DNA of 64,000 bases from Octopus vulgaris (taxonomy: Eukaryota). Each line of letters opens with the position of its first letter. The stretch's first letter is position 1. This document shows, one piece after another, positions 12,851-26,099 of this stretch. The notes under the pieces were generated by a model. It made no database searches. It was not told where the DNA came from and was given only the letters and a program-made list of their open reading frames with translations. The stretch covers positions 43,710,001-43,774,000 of the forward strand of contig OX597821.1 of assembly GCA_951406725.2 (NCBI GenBank). Direction: 5' to 3'. The position numbers and the translations under genes were made by a program.

Positions 12851-13251
12851 CTATGAAAAAAAAAAACTTGATAGGTCTTCTCTGAAGAGTGATCAGCAAA
12901 TCATAAAATGGTCTGTCCCTATTTTTTTTTTTTTGATACAAGAAACATGTTTACATTTTTAAACAGTTTCTCATTCCAACTAAAGGCTTCCTAATAGTTG
13001 AATATATTTCAGTAACTTAAAAATGTTATTCATTCAATTCTCTGAGTTCAAATCCTACAGGGGTCAACTTCACCCTTCCTCTTTCTGTGATCAACAAAAC
13101 AACTACCAATCACCTACTGGGGTTAGTTTAATTGACTGGCAGTTGCTAGGAGGTCATTCAACCAGATACAAATAGCAGACAAATCTCCTTTAAATCTCAT
13201 CCATACTGTCTTTAAACAGGAAGGACACATTAAACAATGTAGTCAGATATA

Positions 13252-13766
13252 TCTATATATATAAAACTGTAGTTGTGTGAGTGTCTGTCCCCTTCGATTT
13301 AGATTCCTAACTCCTCCCACATTTTGCGGTGCAGTTTAACCAAAACTTTGCCTTATAGTCGTGATTAATATCGAGCCCGTCTGGCTATTAGCGCGCGTCT
13401 ACGATGAGTCTACGATTTTAAAAATAATTTAACATCATTTTTTATTCCATTTTAATGCATAATTTTTCGTGTGTCGATGGCGGTGGAGTTGGCGTCCATG
13501 CTCAAACACCTGCACCTGTGTTTGCTTCTCCCCCTTCTTCCCTCCCTCGTGAAGCTGTGGGGAAGGGAGTTTAAGGAAATCAACGTCGTAATGCGTTGTC
13601 AAGGAGACCAGCGTTCTTTTAGAACAACGACTTCATGGCTTGAAGACACCAAAACAGAAATGGCTAAGAAAGCCCGAATTGGCATCTATAAGTGAAGTAA
13701 CTCTCTAAAAATGCTTATATAGTTATTTCCCTTACAAACCCGAGCAACGCCGGGCGATACTGCTAG
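13252..13766 (+). mobile_element. Non-autonomous Helitron
   Basis: 5' TC(tatatatataaaa), 3' GC-rich hairpin cccgagcaacgccggg then CTAG; inserted between A and T; CpG-rich. Confidence 0.8.
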
Positions 13767-13774
13767 TATATATA

Positions 13775-13985
13775 TATTCTTTTATTTGTTACAGTCATTT
13801 GACTGTGGTCATGCTGGAGCACCTCCTTAAAGGGTTTTAGTCAAAGAAATCAACCCTAGGCCTTATTCTTTGTAAGCCTAGTACTTATTCTACCAGTTTC
13901 TTTTGTCACACCAGCATTGATTGTCAAGCAATAGCAGGGGGACAAACACAGATACACACACACTCAAATATATACGTATATACGA

Positions 13986-14056
<71 letters not shown>

Positions 14057-14205
14057 ATTTCTTTCAGTTTCCATCTACCAAATCTACTCACAAGACTTTG
14101 GTTGGCCCGAGGCTATCGTAGAAGATGCTTGCCCAAGATGTCATGCAGTGGGACTGAACCCAAAACCATGTGGTTGGGAAGAAAACTTCTTACCACACAG
14201 CCATA
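13775..14205 (-). mobile_element. SINE family A
   Basis: Reverse-complement match to 16129-16525 with an internal (CA)n(TA)n tract. Confidence 0.8.
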
Positions 14206-15487
14206 TATATACAAAAAGAAAAAAAACAAAACCTAAAACACAGGATGGTCATGTTTGGAATGCATTTGGTTTCAGGTCTGTTTTTATCATTGCTGAAGTA
14301 GGGGTGTGTGTGTGTGTGTGTTCATATCAGAGTAAAATGGTAACCAATTAATAGTCATCAATAAAATAATACCAGATTAAAATATGTTCTGAGGTTAGTA
14401 TAACCGACTTACAAAAAGATGGTGAGCTGGCAGAACTGTTAGTACATCAGACAAAATACTGTGCTTAGCAGCATTTTGTCTGTCCTTAAGTTCCACCATA
14501 ATTGACTTTGCCTTTCATTTTTCTGGGGTTGATAAAATAAATGTTAGTCAAGCACCAGGGTCGATATAATCGACTTAGCTCCTCTCCCAAAATCATCAAC
14601 CTTGTACCAAAATGTCAAAGCAATATGATTGACTAAAACATTTTATTGTGGTGCCTCAGTATGGCCATAGATTTTCAGTGACTGGAGACAGTAAAAAAAA
14701 ACAAAAAACAAAACAATAAAAGAGCATCTACTAAAAACTAACATTTAGAAAAATATGCAAATTTGCTCATCTTAGCATTTGTCTAATTAAAAACTGAAGC
14801 CAATAAATCACCTAATTCTTTATCACATCAGAAATATTAATTAGAAACTTAATTAATATTTCTTAAATTCATTGGGGGAATTTCTTTGAGGGGGTGTGAT
14901 TAAAAGTTATTTTCTTTCTTTTACTTTTTTATTTGTTAAATAATTTATCAATATAACAAATAATAATGATAATGATAATAGTAATAACAACAATATTGGT
15001 ATAAAAGATGGGCTAAAGCAAATATCCTGCTCAATACCACAGATTTGCTTGACAGTTGTTTGACCATAACCAGTTGAGTATGTTCCTTAGTGGCTGATGA
15101 TATGTGCCTCTCTGATCATGAGCAGAAGTAGTGGGAGAGCATCATAGCTATGTGTTGAAAGGAATTTTGGTGGGTTTGGATAATTCACCTTTGGAAACAT
15201 GGGTGTTTTGTTGAACTTCTTTTAACAACCCTATTCAGAGACCTTTTGAGTGGGATAGGCTACTTGACCTGAAGAAAATTGTAACTGGTCCCCATCTGTA
15301 AGGTCATGTGCTGTTTATCTTGATATGAGATCACTATGTTGCCACATATGGTTGTGATGCGTGTGCCTGGTGTACCCTTATTAGATGGGTAGTCATGATG
15401 GGTATACTGGACTTTGTATATTTTATCTCAGTGTCACTTTGATGGCATGCACTGTTCTCTCGCTCAATGATGATGATGATGATGATG

Positions 15488-15555
<68 letters not shown>

Positions 15556-15850
15556 CTGTTGTGTCTGGGCAGAGCCATTTTCTTTTTGTGCCTTATAATT
15601 TAACACTTACCAGTAAAATTTCCACTTATTCCTTATTGCGTCTGGCAACCTTTTCAATAGTCAAGACTAATGAAAAGGTTGCAAAATGCAACGAAAATTT
15701 TAGGAAAATAAAAATAAGGAGTAAGGGGGAATTTTACCAGTGAGTGTGTTAAATTATATGGCACAAAAAGAAAATGACTCTCCCCAGACACAACAGAATA
15801 TACTTCAACACACGAACTCACATAAAGAATCTTGCAAACCAAATCCAAAA
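15556..15850 (+). repeat. Fold-back element (arms 15556-15660 and 15667-15796) with HHR-like motif and unpaired 3' tail, inside (TAA)n
   Basis: ctgttgtgtctggg... pairs with ...cccagacacaacag; cta-ATGAAAA-g-gttgca(aaa)tgcaac-GAAA-at-TT-tag at 15667-15703. Confidence 0.75.
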
Positions 15851-16075
15851 ACGAAACAAAATAATAATAATAATAACAACAATAATACTGATAATAATGG
15901 TTTCAAATTTTGTTACATAAATAGGCGTATCAGGGTGGCGGGAGTTTGTAAGTTACACCAAACCCAGTACTTAAGCTGATATTTTATCTTATCAGCCCCA
16001 AAAGGATGAAAGGGTATAGTTGACTTTGGTGGTATTTGAACTCAGAATGTAAAGAACATTCTGCTAGTTCACTAC

Positions 16076-16127
<52 letters not shown>

Positions 16128-16128
16128 T

Positions 16129-16525
16129 TAGGAGTGGCTGTGTGGTAAGTAGCTTGCTAACCAACCACATGGTTCCGGATTCAGTCCCACTGCGTGGCAT
16201 CTTGGGCAAGTGTCTTCTGCTATAGCCCCGGGCCGACCAATGCCTTGTGAGTGGATTTGGTAGACGGAAACTGAAAGAAGCCTGTCGTATATATGTATAT
16301 ATATATATGTATATGTGTGTGTGTTTGTGTGTCTGTGTTTGTCCCCCTAGCATTGCTTGACAACCGATGCTGGTGTGTTTACGTCCCCGTCACTTAGCGG
16401 TTCAGCAAAAGAGACTGATAGAATAAGCACTGGGCTTACAAAGAATAAGTCCCGGGGTCGATTTGCTTGACTAAAGGCGGTGCTCCAGTATGGCCGCAGT
16501 CAAAATGACTGAAACAAGTAAAAGA
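16129..16525 (+). mobile_element. tRNA-derived SINE family A, well-preserved copy
   Basis: A-box-like tggctgtgtggtaag, B-box-like ggattcagtccc, CORE-like cttgggcaagtgtcttc; flanked by (TAA)n; partial copies at about 21985-22122(-), 57700-57858(-), 60845-61000(+). Confidence 0.85.
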
Positions 16526-16794
16526 TTATAATAATAATAATAATAATAGTAATTCTTTCTAATCCTGACACAAGGCCAGTGATTTTGAGGGAGGAGCAAA
16601 TTGATAATATTGACCCCAGTTCTTGACTGGTATACTGTCTATATCAACCCCAAAAAGATGGAAGGTAAAATATCCCTTGGTAGGATATGAACTCAGAAAG
16701 TAAAGAACCAGAAGAAATATTGCTAAGCATTTTTTATAATGTCCTATAATTCTATCACAGCCTGAATAACGAGTATTGATGATGATGGTGATTA

Positions 16795-19160
16795 TGATGA
16801 AGCAAAGGAAATAGGAGAATTTAAACCAGGCAGACAGAATGATACTCTGAATAGATGGAAAAAATGTATGGCCAGTTCTTGTGGGAAATGCCAGAGACAG
16901 TTGACAAAGATACAAAGGTGGACTGAAATAGCCATAGGCTGATTATGAAGGAGTTATAAAAGAGCTGTGAAATCTTACATACATTAATTTCAGATCTTCT
17001 TATTAATAATGGCATTATTTCTTTATAGATAAACTAACATCTGACAACTCAAAGAAGACTTCAAAAATAACTGGTAGTGACTTCTCTTGAAAATGGACAA
17101 AATTTGGCATTGTGGTGTTATCATGTACTTACAGAAAAAGGATTTTAGTCCCAACAAGGACATTCATGCTGATATGGTGACTACATTGGAGGATGGTGCT
17201 CCAACTTTATCAACAGTGCAAAAGCAGGCAGCCAAATTTAGGAGAGGAATGGAGATGACCCAAAGTTTGGACATCTTGCAACTGCCACCACAAAGGAAAA
17301 CTTTCGTTGTGTTCACCACATGGTGATGGATGACAGGTGATTGACTATAATTCAAACAGCCAATGCCCTTAGCATATTCTGTGAGTGAGTTGAGAATTTT
17401 CTGCACAATGTGGCATGATGAAGGTTTTTGCTTGGTGGGGGGGTCACATCTTCTGACACCTGATAAAAAGTGCACCAGGCTGATCACATCATGGGAAAAT
17501 CTGACATTGTTTGAGGAATATCCAGCTGGTTTTCTTGAATGATTCCTAATCCTGAATGGGTGTTGGGTTCATCACTTTGAGCCAGAAACAAAGAGACAAT
17601 TCATGCAGAGGAAACATTTCCTCTTCACCTGCTCCAAAAGGCCAAGGTTGTTTCATCTGCAGGGAAAGCAATGGCCTCAATTTTTGAAGATGCAGAAAGT
17701 ATTGTGTTTATCGACTACTTTGAAAAGGGTCACTCCATCAATGGAGAGTACTATGTCAACTTGCTGAGAGAGTTATGAAAGACTATCAAGTCCAAATGCC
17801 CAGGAAAACATTGCTTCAGTACACCTCGTTGGTTACAGTGACTGCTGTGCATGACTGTGATTTTGAACTTGTTGATCAACTGATTTGGGTCCATCTGAAT
17901 ATCATTTGTTCTCAAACATGAAAAGATACTTGGCTGGGAACCAGTATTGCAGTGATGATGATGTATCTGCTGTTGATGACTTTTTTTGACCAACAGGATG
18001 AAAGCTTGTTCACTAATGGGATTCAAATACTGCAACACTTATGGAACAAGTTCGTGGACCACAAGGGAGACTATATTGAAAAATAAATCTTATTTGGTCA
18101 CATTCTATGAGAATATCTTTGTCAGCCTATGCACTTTTCACTTGACCCTTGTAAGAACTGGGAATGGATTAAGAAAAGCAACTTGAAATTTGAAACTAAA
18201 GTCCTGGTCTATGCAGCCCAATGACAGGCACTAAAACAAACTATATTGAGTTCAATATTGTCAAGTCAGTGACTTCACTTCTTTGTAGGTTGTGTGGTGA
18301 GAAAGGTGAAGTAATAAACCACATTTTTAATGAATGTAATGTGTGCACAAAAAAAATACAAGACAAGGCACGACAACATTGCCAGATTGGTTCCCTGGAA
18401 GCTTTGTCAGATGTATGACATGAGCAGAAGTGAGAAATGGTATGAGCACCAGCTGAAAAGGGTTGTAGAAAATGAACAATATAAGATCTTGTGGGACATG
18501 ATCATCTTATTGTGGATAGAAAACGTGAAAATAGTTGTTGCAAAAAAGAACAAAGCAATTATTGTGGATATTGCTTCACTGTGGAATCACACAGTGAATG
18601 GAAAGTAAAGTGAGAAAAGTGAGAACTACTGGTTTCAAATTCTTACACAAAACCAGGAATTTAAGAGAATGGGGGTGGTTAGGGGAAGTCAATTACATCA
18701 ACCCCAGTTCGTAATTGGTGCTTATTTTATCGATCCTGAAAGGATTAAAGGCAGAGGTCAACTTTGTCAAAAGTTTCATCCAAAAAGATGGATGAAATGC
18801 TGCAAAGCATTTTGCCGAGTGAGCTAACAACTCTTCCAGCTTGCTGCCATAGAAAGCTGAGAAATATCAAGAGCTGAAGAGGAAAATCAGGAAACTATAA
18901 AAAAAGTCAGGTACTTAGAAGTGGTACCAATTGTAGTTGGCACACTGGGAGCAGTTAGTGTAAGATTGAATGCTTGACTTGAGAAGAAAGGAATTACTAT
19001 CAGGATGGAACTGTTGCAGAAAACAGCCTTGTTAGGAATGGCAAGAATTCTAAGTAGGGTGTTAGAAAGTTGACAGAGAAGGAATGACCCAAAGGACCTT
19101 TGGCCATTGGATCTGGCTTGCTCTTTGGTATAGTGTTGGTAGCATCTGCCACAGCAAAAG
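16795..19160 (+). mobile_element. R4/Dong-like RLE LINE 3' portion, interrupted by a mariner and a SINE
   Basis: MYGQF...DKD|KNWEW...CRLCGEKGEVINHI..C..KTRHDNIA...KILWD...IVDIA...KYQEL...VPIVVGTLG...QKTALLG (CCHC knuckle plus restriction-like endonuclease). Confidence 0.85.
16913..18151 (+). mobile_element. Full-length decayed mariner transposon (irritans-like)
   Basis: Imperfect ~30 bp TIRs (caaaggtggactgaaatagccataggctga / tcagcctatgcacttttcacttgacccttg), TA duplications at 16911-12 and 18152-53; transposase remnants IHADMVTTL, WVHHFEPETK, SAGKAMASIF, IDYFEKGHSINGEYY. Confidence 0.9.
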
Positions 19161-19811
19161 CATCATAGATGATGATGATGATAATGATGATGATGATGAT
19201 GATGATCATGATGATGATGATGATGACAATTATAATAATAAAACATTCATTAAAAGTATTGAATATTTTAGATTTTATTTCTGGCATTCAATCAGAAATA
19301 TTTACAAATGTTGGAAAAAGAGAAATAAAATATAATTAAATTATTATTTTTCTTAGAATTTTGAAATTACTTCAAAAAAATAGTAAACAAAGATATTTTT
19401 ATCCAGTCATTTATTTATATAATTATTTTCTTTTGTGCAATAATAATTTTTTTCTGATTGAAATTTTATTTTTCATCTATTTCTTGGTTCTAATCAAAGG
19501 AATGTCATAAACATTGAAAATTTGTTGCTGCTGATCAGAAAACCATACATTGACTACAGGGCCACATTAAACTAATATGGGACCTTGCAGCATATATTAC
19601 AAGGCATCCCAAAATTAAGAATGTGGGTCCTAAATATAAAGTATATAATAAAAAGAGTTCAAAGTAAAAACTTTGCTATTTTAGCGAACGTATGTGTGTG
19701 AGTGTGTATATGCATGTGTGTGTCTGTCTACATCAAAATAAAATGGTAGAGATCAATAAAATAAATATGACTGACTAAAACATTTGATTGTGGTGTCCCG
19801 TCATGGCCATG

Positions 19812-20150
19812 TGATGGTACATGGCTCAGTGGTTAGAGTGTTAGGCTCACAATCGTGAGGTTGTGAGTTCGATTCCCAGACTGGGCTGTGTGTTGTATTC
19901 TTGAGCAAGACACTTTATTTCACGTTGCTGCAGTTCACTCAGCTGTAGAAATGAGTTGCGATGTTATTGGTGCCAAGCTGCATCAGCCTTTGCCTTTCCC
20001 TTGGATAGCATTGGTGGCATGGAGAGGAAAAGCTGATATGCATGGGTGACTGCTGGTCTTCCATAGACAACCTGCCCAGACTTGTGTCTCAGAGGGTAAC
20101 TTTCTAGGTGCAATCCCATGGTCATTCATGACCAAAAGGGGTTTTTACTA
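19812..20150 (+). mobile_element. tRNA-derived SINE family E
   Basis: A box tggctcagtggttaga, B box gagttcgattccc, then cttgagcaagacact...cactcagctgtagaaatgagt core. Confidence 0.7.
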
Positions 20151-20171
20151 TGTATATGTATGTATAGATTT

Positions 20172-20212
<41 letters not shown>

Positions 20213-20484
20213 GCCTCGTCTGGCACCTGTGTTGGTGGCACATAAAAAACACCATCCGAGCGTGGCCGTCTGCCAACCTCGTCTGGCACCTGTGTCGGTG
20301 GCACATAAAATCACCCATTACACTCTCGGAGTGGTTGGCGTTAGGAAGGGCATCCAGCTGTAGAAACACTGCCAGACCTGATTGGCCTGATGCAGCCTTT
20401 GGGCTCGCCAGACCCCAGTTGAACCGTCCAACCCATGCTAGCATGGAAAGCGGACGTTAAACGATGATGATGATGATGATGATG

Positions 20485-20515
<31 letters not shown>

Positions 20516-20605
20516 ATCCAAACAAAGAAGAACAAACAAGAAAAAACAATAACATGAGGATGTGGAAAGGAAGGAAGTATGTGTATAGAGTAAAATCTAT
20601 TTGTC

Positions 20606-20863
20606 AACATAAAGTGGCAGTCCTGATTAGGACGATGTTACTACCTTTTTTTAGCCCCAGGAAACATCTTTTCCAGCTGGCTACCAATGCACAACTGCAT
20701 CCTTATACTTCAAACAAGGAGCTAATGTCCCCACTCAGCTCCAAAGCTGCCTTGTTTGAGGTATAAGGACACAGCTGTGCATTGGTAGCCAGCTGGAAAA
20801 GATGTTTTCCTGAGGCTAAAAAAGGTAGTAACATCATCCTAATCAGGACTGCCACTTTATGTT
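20606..20863. repeat. ~260 bp fold-back palindrome
   Basis: aacataaagtggcagtcctgattagga... pairs with ...tcctaatcaggactgccactttatgtt; arms ~113 bp. Confidence 0.9.
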
Positions 20864-20929
20864 TTACTCTGTAGTATCATTACTACTTACTTCTCATTCA
20901 GAGATTTAAAACTAATTGTTTTCCTCACT

Positions 20930-21036
<107 letters not shown>

Positions 21037-21838
21037 CAAGTAAAGTGAGATCACAGCTGAAGCCTATACCAGTGTCACATAACCAGCTCATTTAAAAGTA
21101 CCCTTGAATCATCGGGTGATATGCTGCACTTGAGAAGACCTATTGAGTCAAGTAAAATCAAAAATCAAAATCAAAAGAAAATCAAGATTGAAATCAAAAT
21201 GGAAATTGTAGTTGTGGCTGATGCCAGGGCTGCCTGACTGACACCCATGCTGGTGGCATGTAATAAGCACCATACAAACATGGTCAATGCCAGTGCCACC
21301 TGACTCCTGTGCTGGTGGCATGTAAAAAGCACCTACTACACTCTTGGAGTGGTTGGCATTAGGAAGAGTATCCAGCTGTAGAAAACTTGGAATTTCAGAT
21401 GGAATTTCATGAAGTGGAATTTTCTATGGCTGGATGCCCTTCCTGTTGCCAATCCTCACCTGTTTCCAGACATGGTTGGATGCCCTTCCTATTTCCTACC
21501 ACTTTACCCAGTGAATTGGATGCTCTTTCCTATGGCACCAGCACTAGAAGATGTCAGGTCCCCAGTAAGACAAAACTAATGGACCTTCACAACCCTATAC
21601 TTTCTTCTCTCATTCGTCACTTCATGACCAGATATGTTTACATGAAAGATTGGGAATGAAGGACATCACTTGCATAGTGATGCACTTGTTTACATCTATT
21701 ATGTGATGTCAGAGTAAGGAGACAGTAACATGCACACACACACACATGCAGACACACATACACTACATACATACACACACACACACACACAGATATATAT
21801 GTTTTCTGTTCTCATGGAGGCTGCTATCATGGCAATGT

Positions 21839-21883
<45 letters not shown>

Positions 21884-23958
21884 GGGGGGAGGGAGGGTTT
21901 AAGAGGGAATTTTTGTGCTTAAGGAGAGAGAATTGCTTTTAAGTCTATTTATTGCTCTAGTTTTAAGGTGGAAAGTTTTTTCTATTACAGGTTTCTTTTA
22001 GTTTCTCTTTATCAGATCCACTTTGATTGAATTGAGGTTGCAATAGAAGACAATTGCCCAAGGTGTTATACAATGGGACTAAATCTGGAACCAAATGGTT
22101 GGGAAATAAACATTTTACCACTCAATATTTCTTAAATTCATTAAGGCATTTCTTTGGGGGCCAAGGCAAATGTATATGGGTCACATAGTTTCTACATCCC
22201 CCTCCTAACACCTCTCTTCCTTACATCACTCCTTCATTCCAAAATTTGACCACAATAGCAACTCCTTTCTCTCTCACTTTCTTTCAGTCTCTGGCAAAAC
22301 ATTAGAGGCAAATTTAAACGGATGACCTTTTCCGCTTTAGATCCTGGTTCCATTTTTAACTAAGCCAAAAAATACAGTTTCAATGATGTGCTTATTAATT
22401 AATTATATTGTTTTATCAGTTTCAGCGTAAAGCAGTTGCCATGCTGGGGCACCACCAATTTTCTGAGACAGGTCTTATTTTTCATCCTGCATGGTGTCCA
22501 ACAATCACCCTCCTCACCAAGTAAGCTTAGTGGGGTTGCCGGTTTAGTTGTCAACAACCTGACCATGCAACAGGTTGTACTGGGTTACATGTTGCCAGTA
22601 GTGCTTGAGAGCGACCCGAGATATATAGTATTGTTTTTTTAAGCTGCAGAGATGCACAAATTAAATATTCTCACTTGATTCCTAACCTTGATATATTGTA
22701 GGCATGTATGAGCAGCAGTCTATGTGAGTAGTGGATCCCAATAAGAAAGAATTTGGATCATGAGAAACCATTGAACCCAAGCTAGCATAGAAAACGATGA
22801 TGATAAAAACATAAAACAATGATGATAATGATGACAACGAGAATAATAGTGATGACAACAATAATGATGATAATAATGGTGATGATGACAATGACACGGT
22901 AAGGACAGTTATCTCCCTTAAATTAAGCCAGGGGTTTTTAATAGGTAAGAAACATTTGATGCATGCAGTTCCTTCTTTGACATCATACTTTTAAACAAAA
23001 TAACAACAGCACAGACATGCTGGCTTGGGTTGGATGGTTTCTCATGATCTAAGTCCTTTAATTGGGATCCCTTATTCACATAGACTGCAGCTCATACATG
23101 TCATTTGGGTTATTTTCTATGGTTCGATGTCCTTCCTATTACCTACCACTTTACCCAGTGAATTGGATGCTCTTTCCCATGGCACCAGCACTAGAGAGGT
23201 TGCCAAGTCTCCAGTAAGACAAGACTAAAGGACCCTCACAATGCTATACTTTCTTTACTCATTTGCCACCTACATTACAGTGTGTATTGGGTGTAATTTT
23301 TGAGGCACTGGTACCAGGGAGTCCTCAGTGAGATAAAGCTAATGGATCTCTCAACACTGCTTTACCCTTGCTCTCTCCAAACATAAAATAGTGCATTATC
23401 CCTTTACTGCAATGAAGGTAACTTAGCAATTCAATGAATAGAGCTTGATAAAATAAATAGCAGCCTGACATATATACTAATGTTGATAACGACAGACTAA
23501 AAGTCTTGAAGAGAGTAACCTCAGCATATCTATAATAATATATTAATAATGATCTGATTCATTTGACTGATAATTAAGCTCAGTTAATGTACTGATGAGT
23601 TTAATATATCAAAATAGAGAAATAGAATAAATCGTCTGTTAATTAACATCAAATAGTAATGAAGTAAGTCTGCCTATTTATCATTGTCATTCAATTTGAT
23701 TATGGTAATATATTTAATCTTAAGTCTATTGGAAATATTGTTCCGAGTATAGTAACAATGGTAAACATACTAATCATTCATAAAAGTTGAGGCTGTATAG
23801 TAAATAAAGTAAGAGTATATGATTAAGTATGTACATGCATTTGTATGTGTTTATAAACTGGACAGAAATAGAGTCATAAAAAAATGTTATGGGAAAAGTC
23901 ATAATTTTGGTTAGGATAGCTTACTGCCTCAACAACAACAACGACGATGAGGAGGAGG

Positions 23959-24012
<54 letters not shown>

Positions 24013-24039
24013 AAAGAGATTAAAAAAAGAACAAGGAAA

Positions 24040-24300
24040 CAGAACTACAAAATATACTAAAGAAGAAATGAAGAAAGAAATCACTCTATGGCCAATACTC
24101 TGCAAGGCTTGTTAGAGAAGAAGTGAGCCTAACTGAATGCCAACAATGGCTCAAAAGCTCTGGACTAAAAGCAGAAATGGTAGGACTGGTTATTGCTGCA
24201 CAAGACCAATGCCTGACTACAAACAACTATAAGAGCAAAGTAATGTAAACAGGATGTAACACCAAATGCACAATGTGCAGCCAGAACAATAACACAATTG
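24040..24300 (+). mobile_element. R4/Dong-like LINE fragment
   Basis: LYGQY...QWLKSSGLKAEMVGLVIAAQDQCLTTNNY...CTMC. Confidence 0.7.
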
Positions 24301-24829
24301 TGTTAAACATTAAAAAAAATATTTTGTAATGTACATAAAGTTCAATTAGTGCTTTCATATGTTCATAATAATCATCAGATTTCAAAATGTATTTAACTGA
24401 CAGTTGAGTTCTTGACAACTGTAGTAAAATGACTGACTTCTTCCTTTTGAGCGAACATATAGAAACATGTGGTCAGAAGATGTCTCTAATTTTTCCTTTC
24501 CACAAACCACATGACACAAGTGAGACTGGAAGAAGGATAAAAGAAAAACGTTTTATTAAGACGTTCAAACTTGTTCTGAATGGAAACAACAACAATAATA
24601 TAACAACCAGTTAATGCTGTGGATTAAAAAATATCTTTAACATACAAATATAAACAAATTACAGAAGACTCACACGGATTGAAATAAAAACAACCAAAAC
24701 CAACTAAGTTTGCTCACTCATAAAACCATTAAATGTAAACCACAAGCTAGTTGGTTAAAATGAAGGTGAGATTTGTGCTAGTAATATCGGTGCACACAGC
24801 AAACTGTAATGTTTAACCTGCATGCTGAT

Positions 24830-25858
24830 TGGTCAAAACTGTATTGTATCACATTGTATTGATCTTCTCTGGATCACCTCGAGTTCTGTCATTAATTTTA
24901 CACTGTTTGGTGACCACAGATGGGAGTAGTATTCCATGTGGTTGAGAACGAAGATCCCCCAGAGGACCATCATGGTTTCCTTTTCTCTTGTTTTGAAAGT
25001 TTGAAGGATCCACCCAGTCAGATGTCTGCATTTTAATGCCAACTTAGTAATGTGCACCTGGAAAGATACATAACTACTCATGTCAATGCCCAGGTCATGC
25101 ACTGATTTTGATTCAGGGATTGGAATATTTCCTGGGCTAGTATATCCTATCTGCTTTTCATTGAGCTTCCTCTGTTAGTAGTGCAGGGCTTGGAATTTTC
25201 CAGCATTAAACTGCATGTTATTTTCCTCAGCCCACCTGTATATTGTGTCTGACTCACGTTGCTGATGCACAACGTCTCCAGGGTTCTGTATCCTCTGAAA
25301 GACTTCTGTATCATCTGCATAGCTAGCAAGGGCAGCTACTTGAGCAGCTATGGGCATATCAGGCATATCAGAGAGGGCCACTACGAATAGCAGTGGTCCT
25401 AGAACAGTGCCCTGTGGAACATCATTCATTATTTGTGTTTTCTTGGAGGTGGCCCCATTGACCACCTCTACCTGACTTCTATCTTTTAGAAAGTCAATGT
25501 AGCCATTCTCCAAGTTTTCCAAGTATGCCAAAATTTCAGAGCTTGTGACAAATCATACCATGGTCAATTTTGTCAAAGGCTTTTGCAAAGTTGATGTATA
25601 TCATGTCCACATTTGAGTTGTTGAGCAGCTGCTTAAGCACCCAGTTGTAATGCTGCAAGAGCTGTGTTTAGCAACTTCTACCTGGTTGAAAACCATGTTT
25701 GGTGTCAGTCAGCAAGTCATTCTCTTCAAGGAATGCAATTAATTTCCTTCGGACTATTCATTCCATGACTTTGCTTATATGTGAGGTCAGAGAAATAGGC
25801 CTATAGCTTTTAGCATCTGCTCTGCTTCCTTCTTTATAGATAGGGCATATCATTCCCT
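24830..25858 (-). mobile_element. CR1/L2-group LINE reverse transcriptase fragment (pseudogenised)
   Basis: YRPISLTSH, FAKAFDKIDHG, VPQGTVLGPLLF, SYADDT, WAEENNMQFNAGKF. Confidence 0.9.
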
Positions 25859-25859
25859 T

Positions 25860-26060
25860 GAAATATCATTCACTAGATAACAATGGCACTCTTCTTTTAA
25901 TTTTGACTCTATATCTTCAGGAGGAGTTACCTCAATCCTTTATATATTAACCAAAATGAAGTAGATTGGCAAATTTATTTTTTGAACCAGTTGAAGACAC
26001 ACAAGATGTCGAAATATCGTTCACTAGATAACAATGGCACTCTTCTTTTAATTTTGACTT
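25860..26060 (+). repeat. 151 bp-period partial tandem repeat with an HHR-like motif at the junction (retrozyme-like)
   Basis: gaaatatc(a/g)ttcactagataacaatggcactcttcttttaattttgact at 25860 and 26011; gaac-CAGTTGA-a-gaca(cacaaga)tgtc-GAAA-ta-TC-gttc at 25984-26022. Confidence 0.65.
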
Positions 26061-26063
26061 TGA

Positions 26064-26097
<34 letters not shown>

Positions 26098-26099
<2 letters not shown>

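Noticed and set aside
14995-15470. Complex ~470 bp block between (TAA)n tracts, probably a repeat or LINE UTR
   Set aside because: Single copy in the window with no diagnostic motif; cannot be classified
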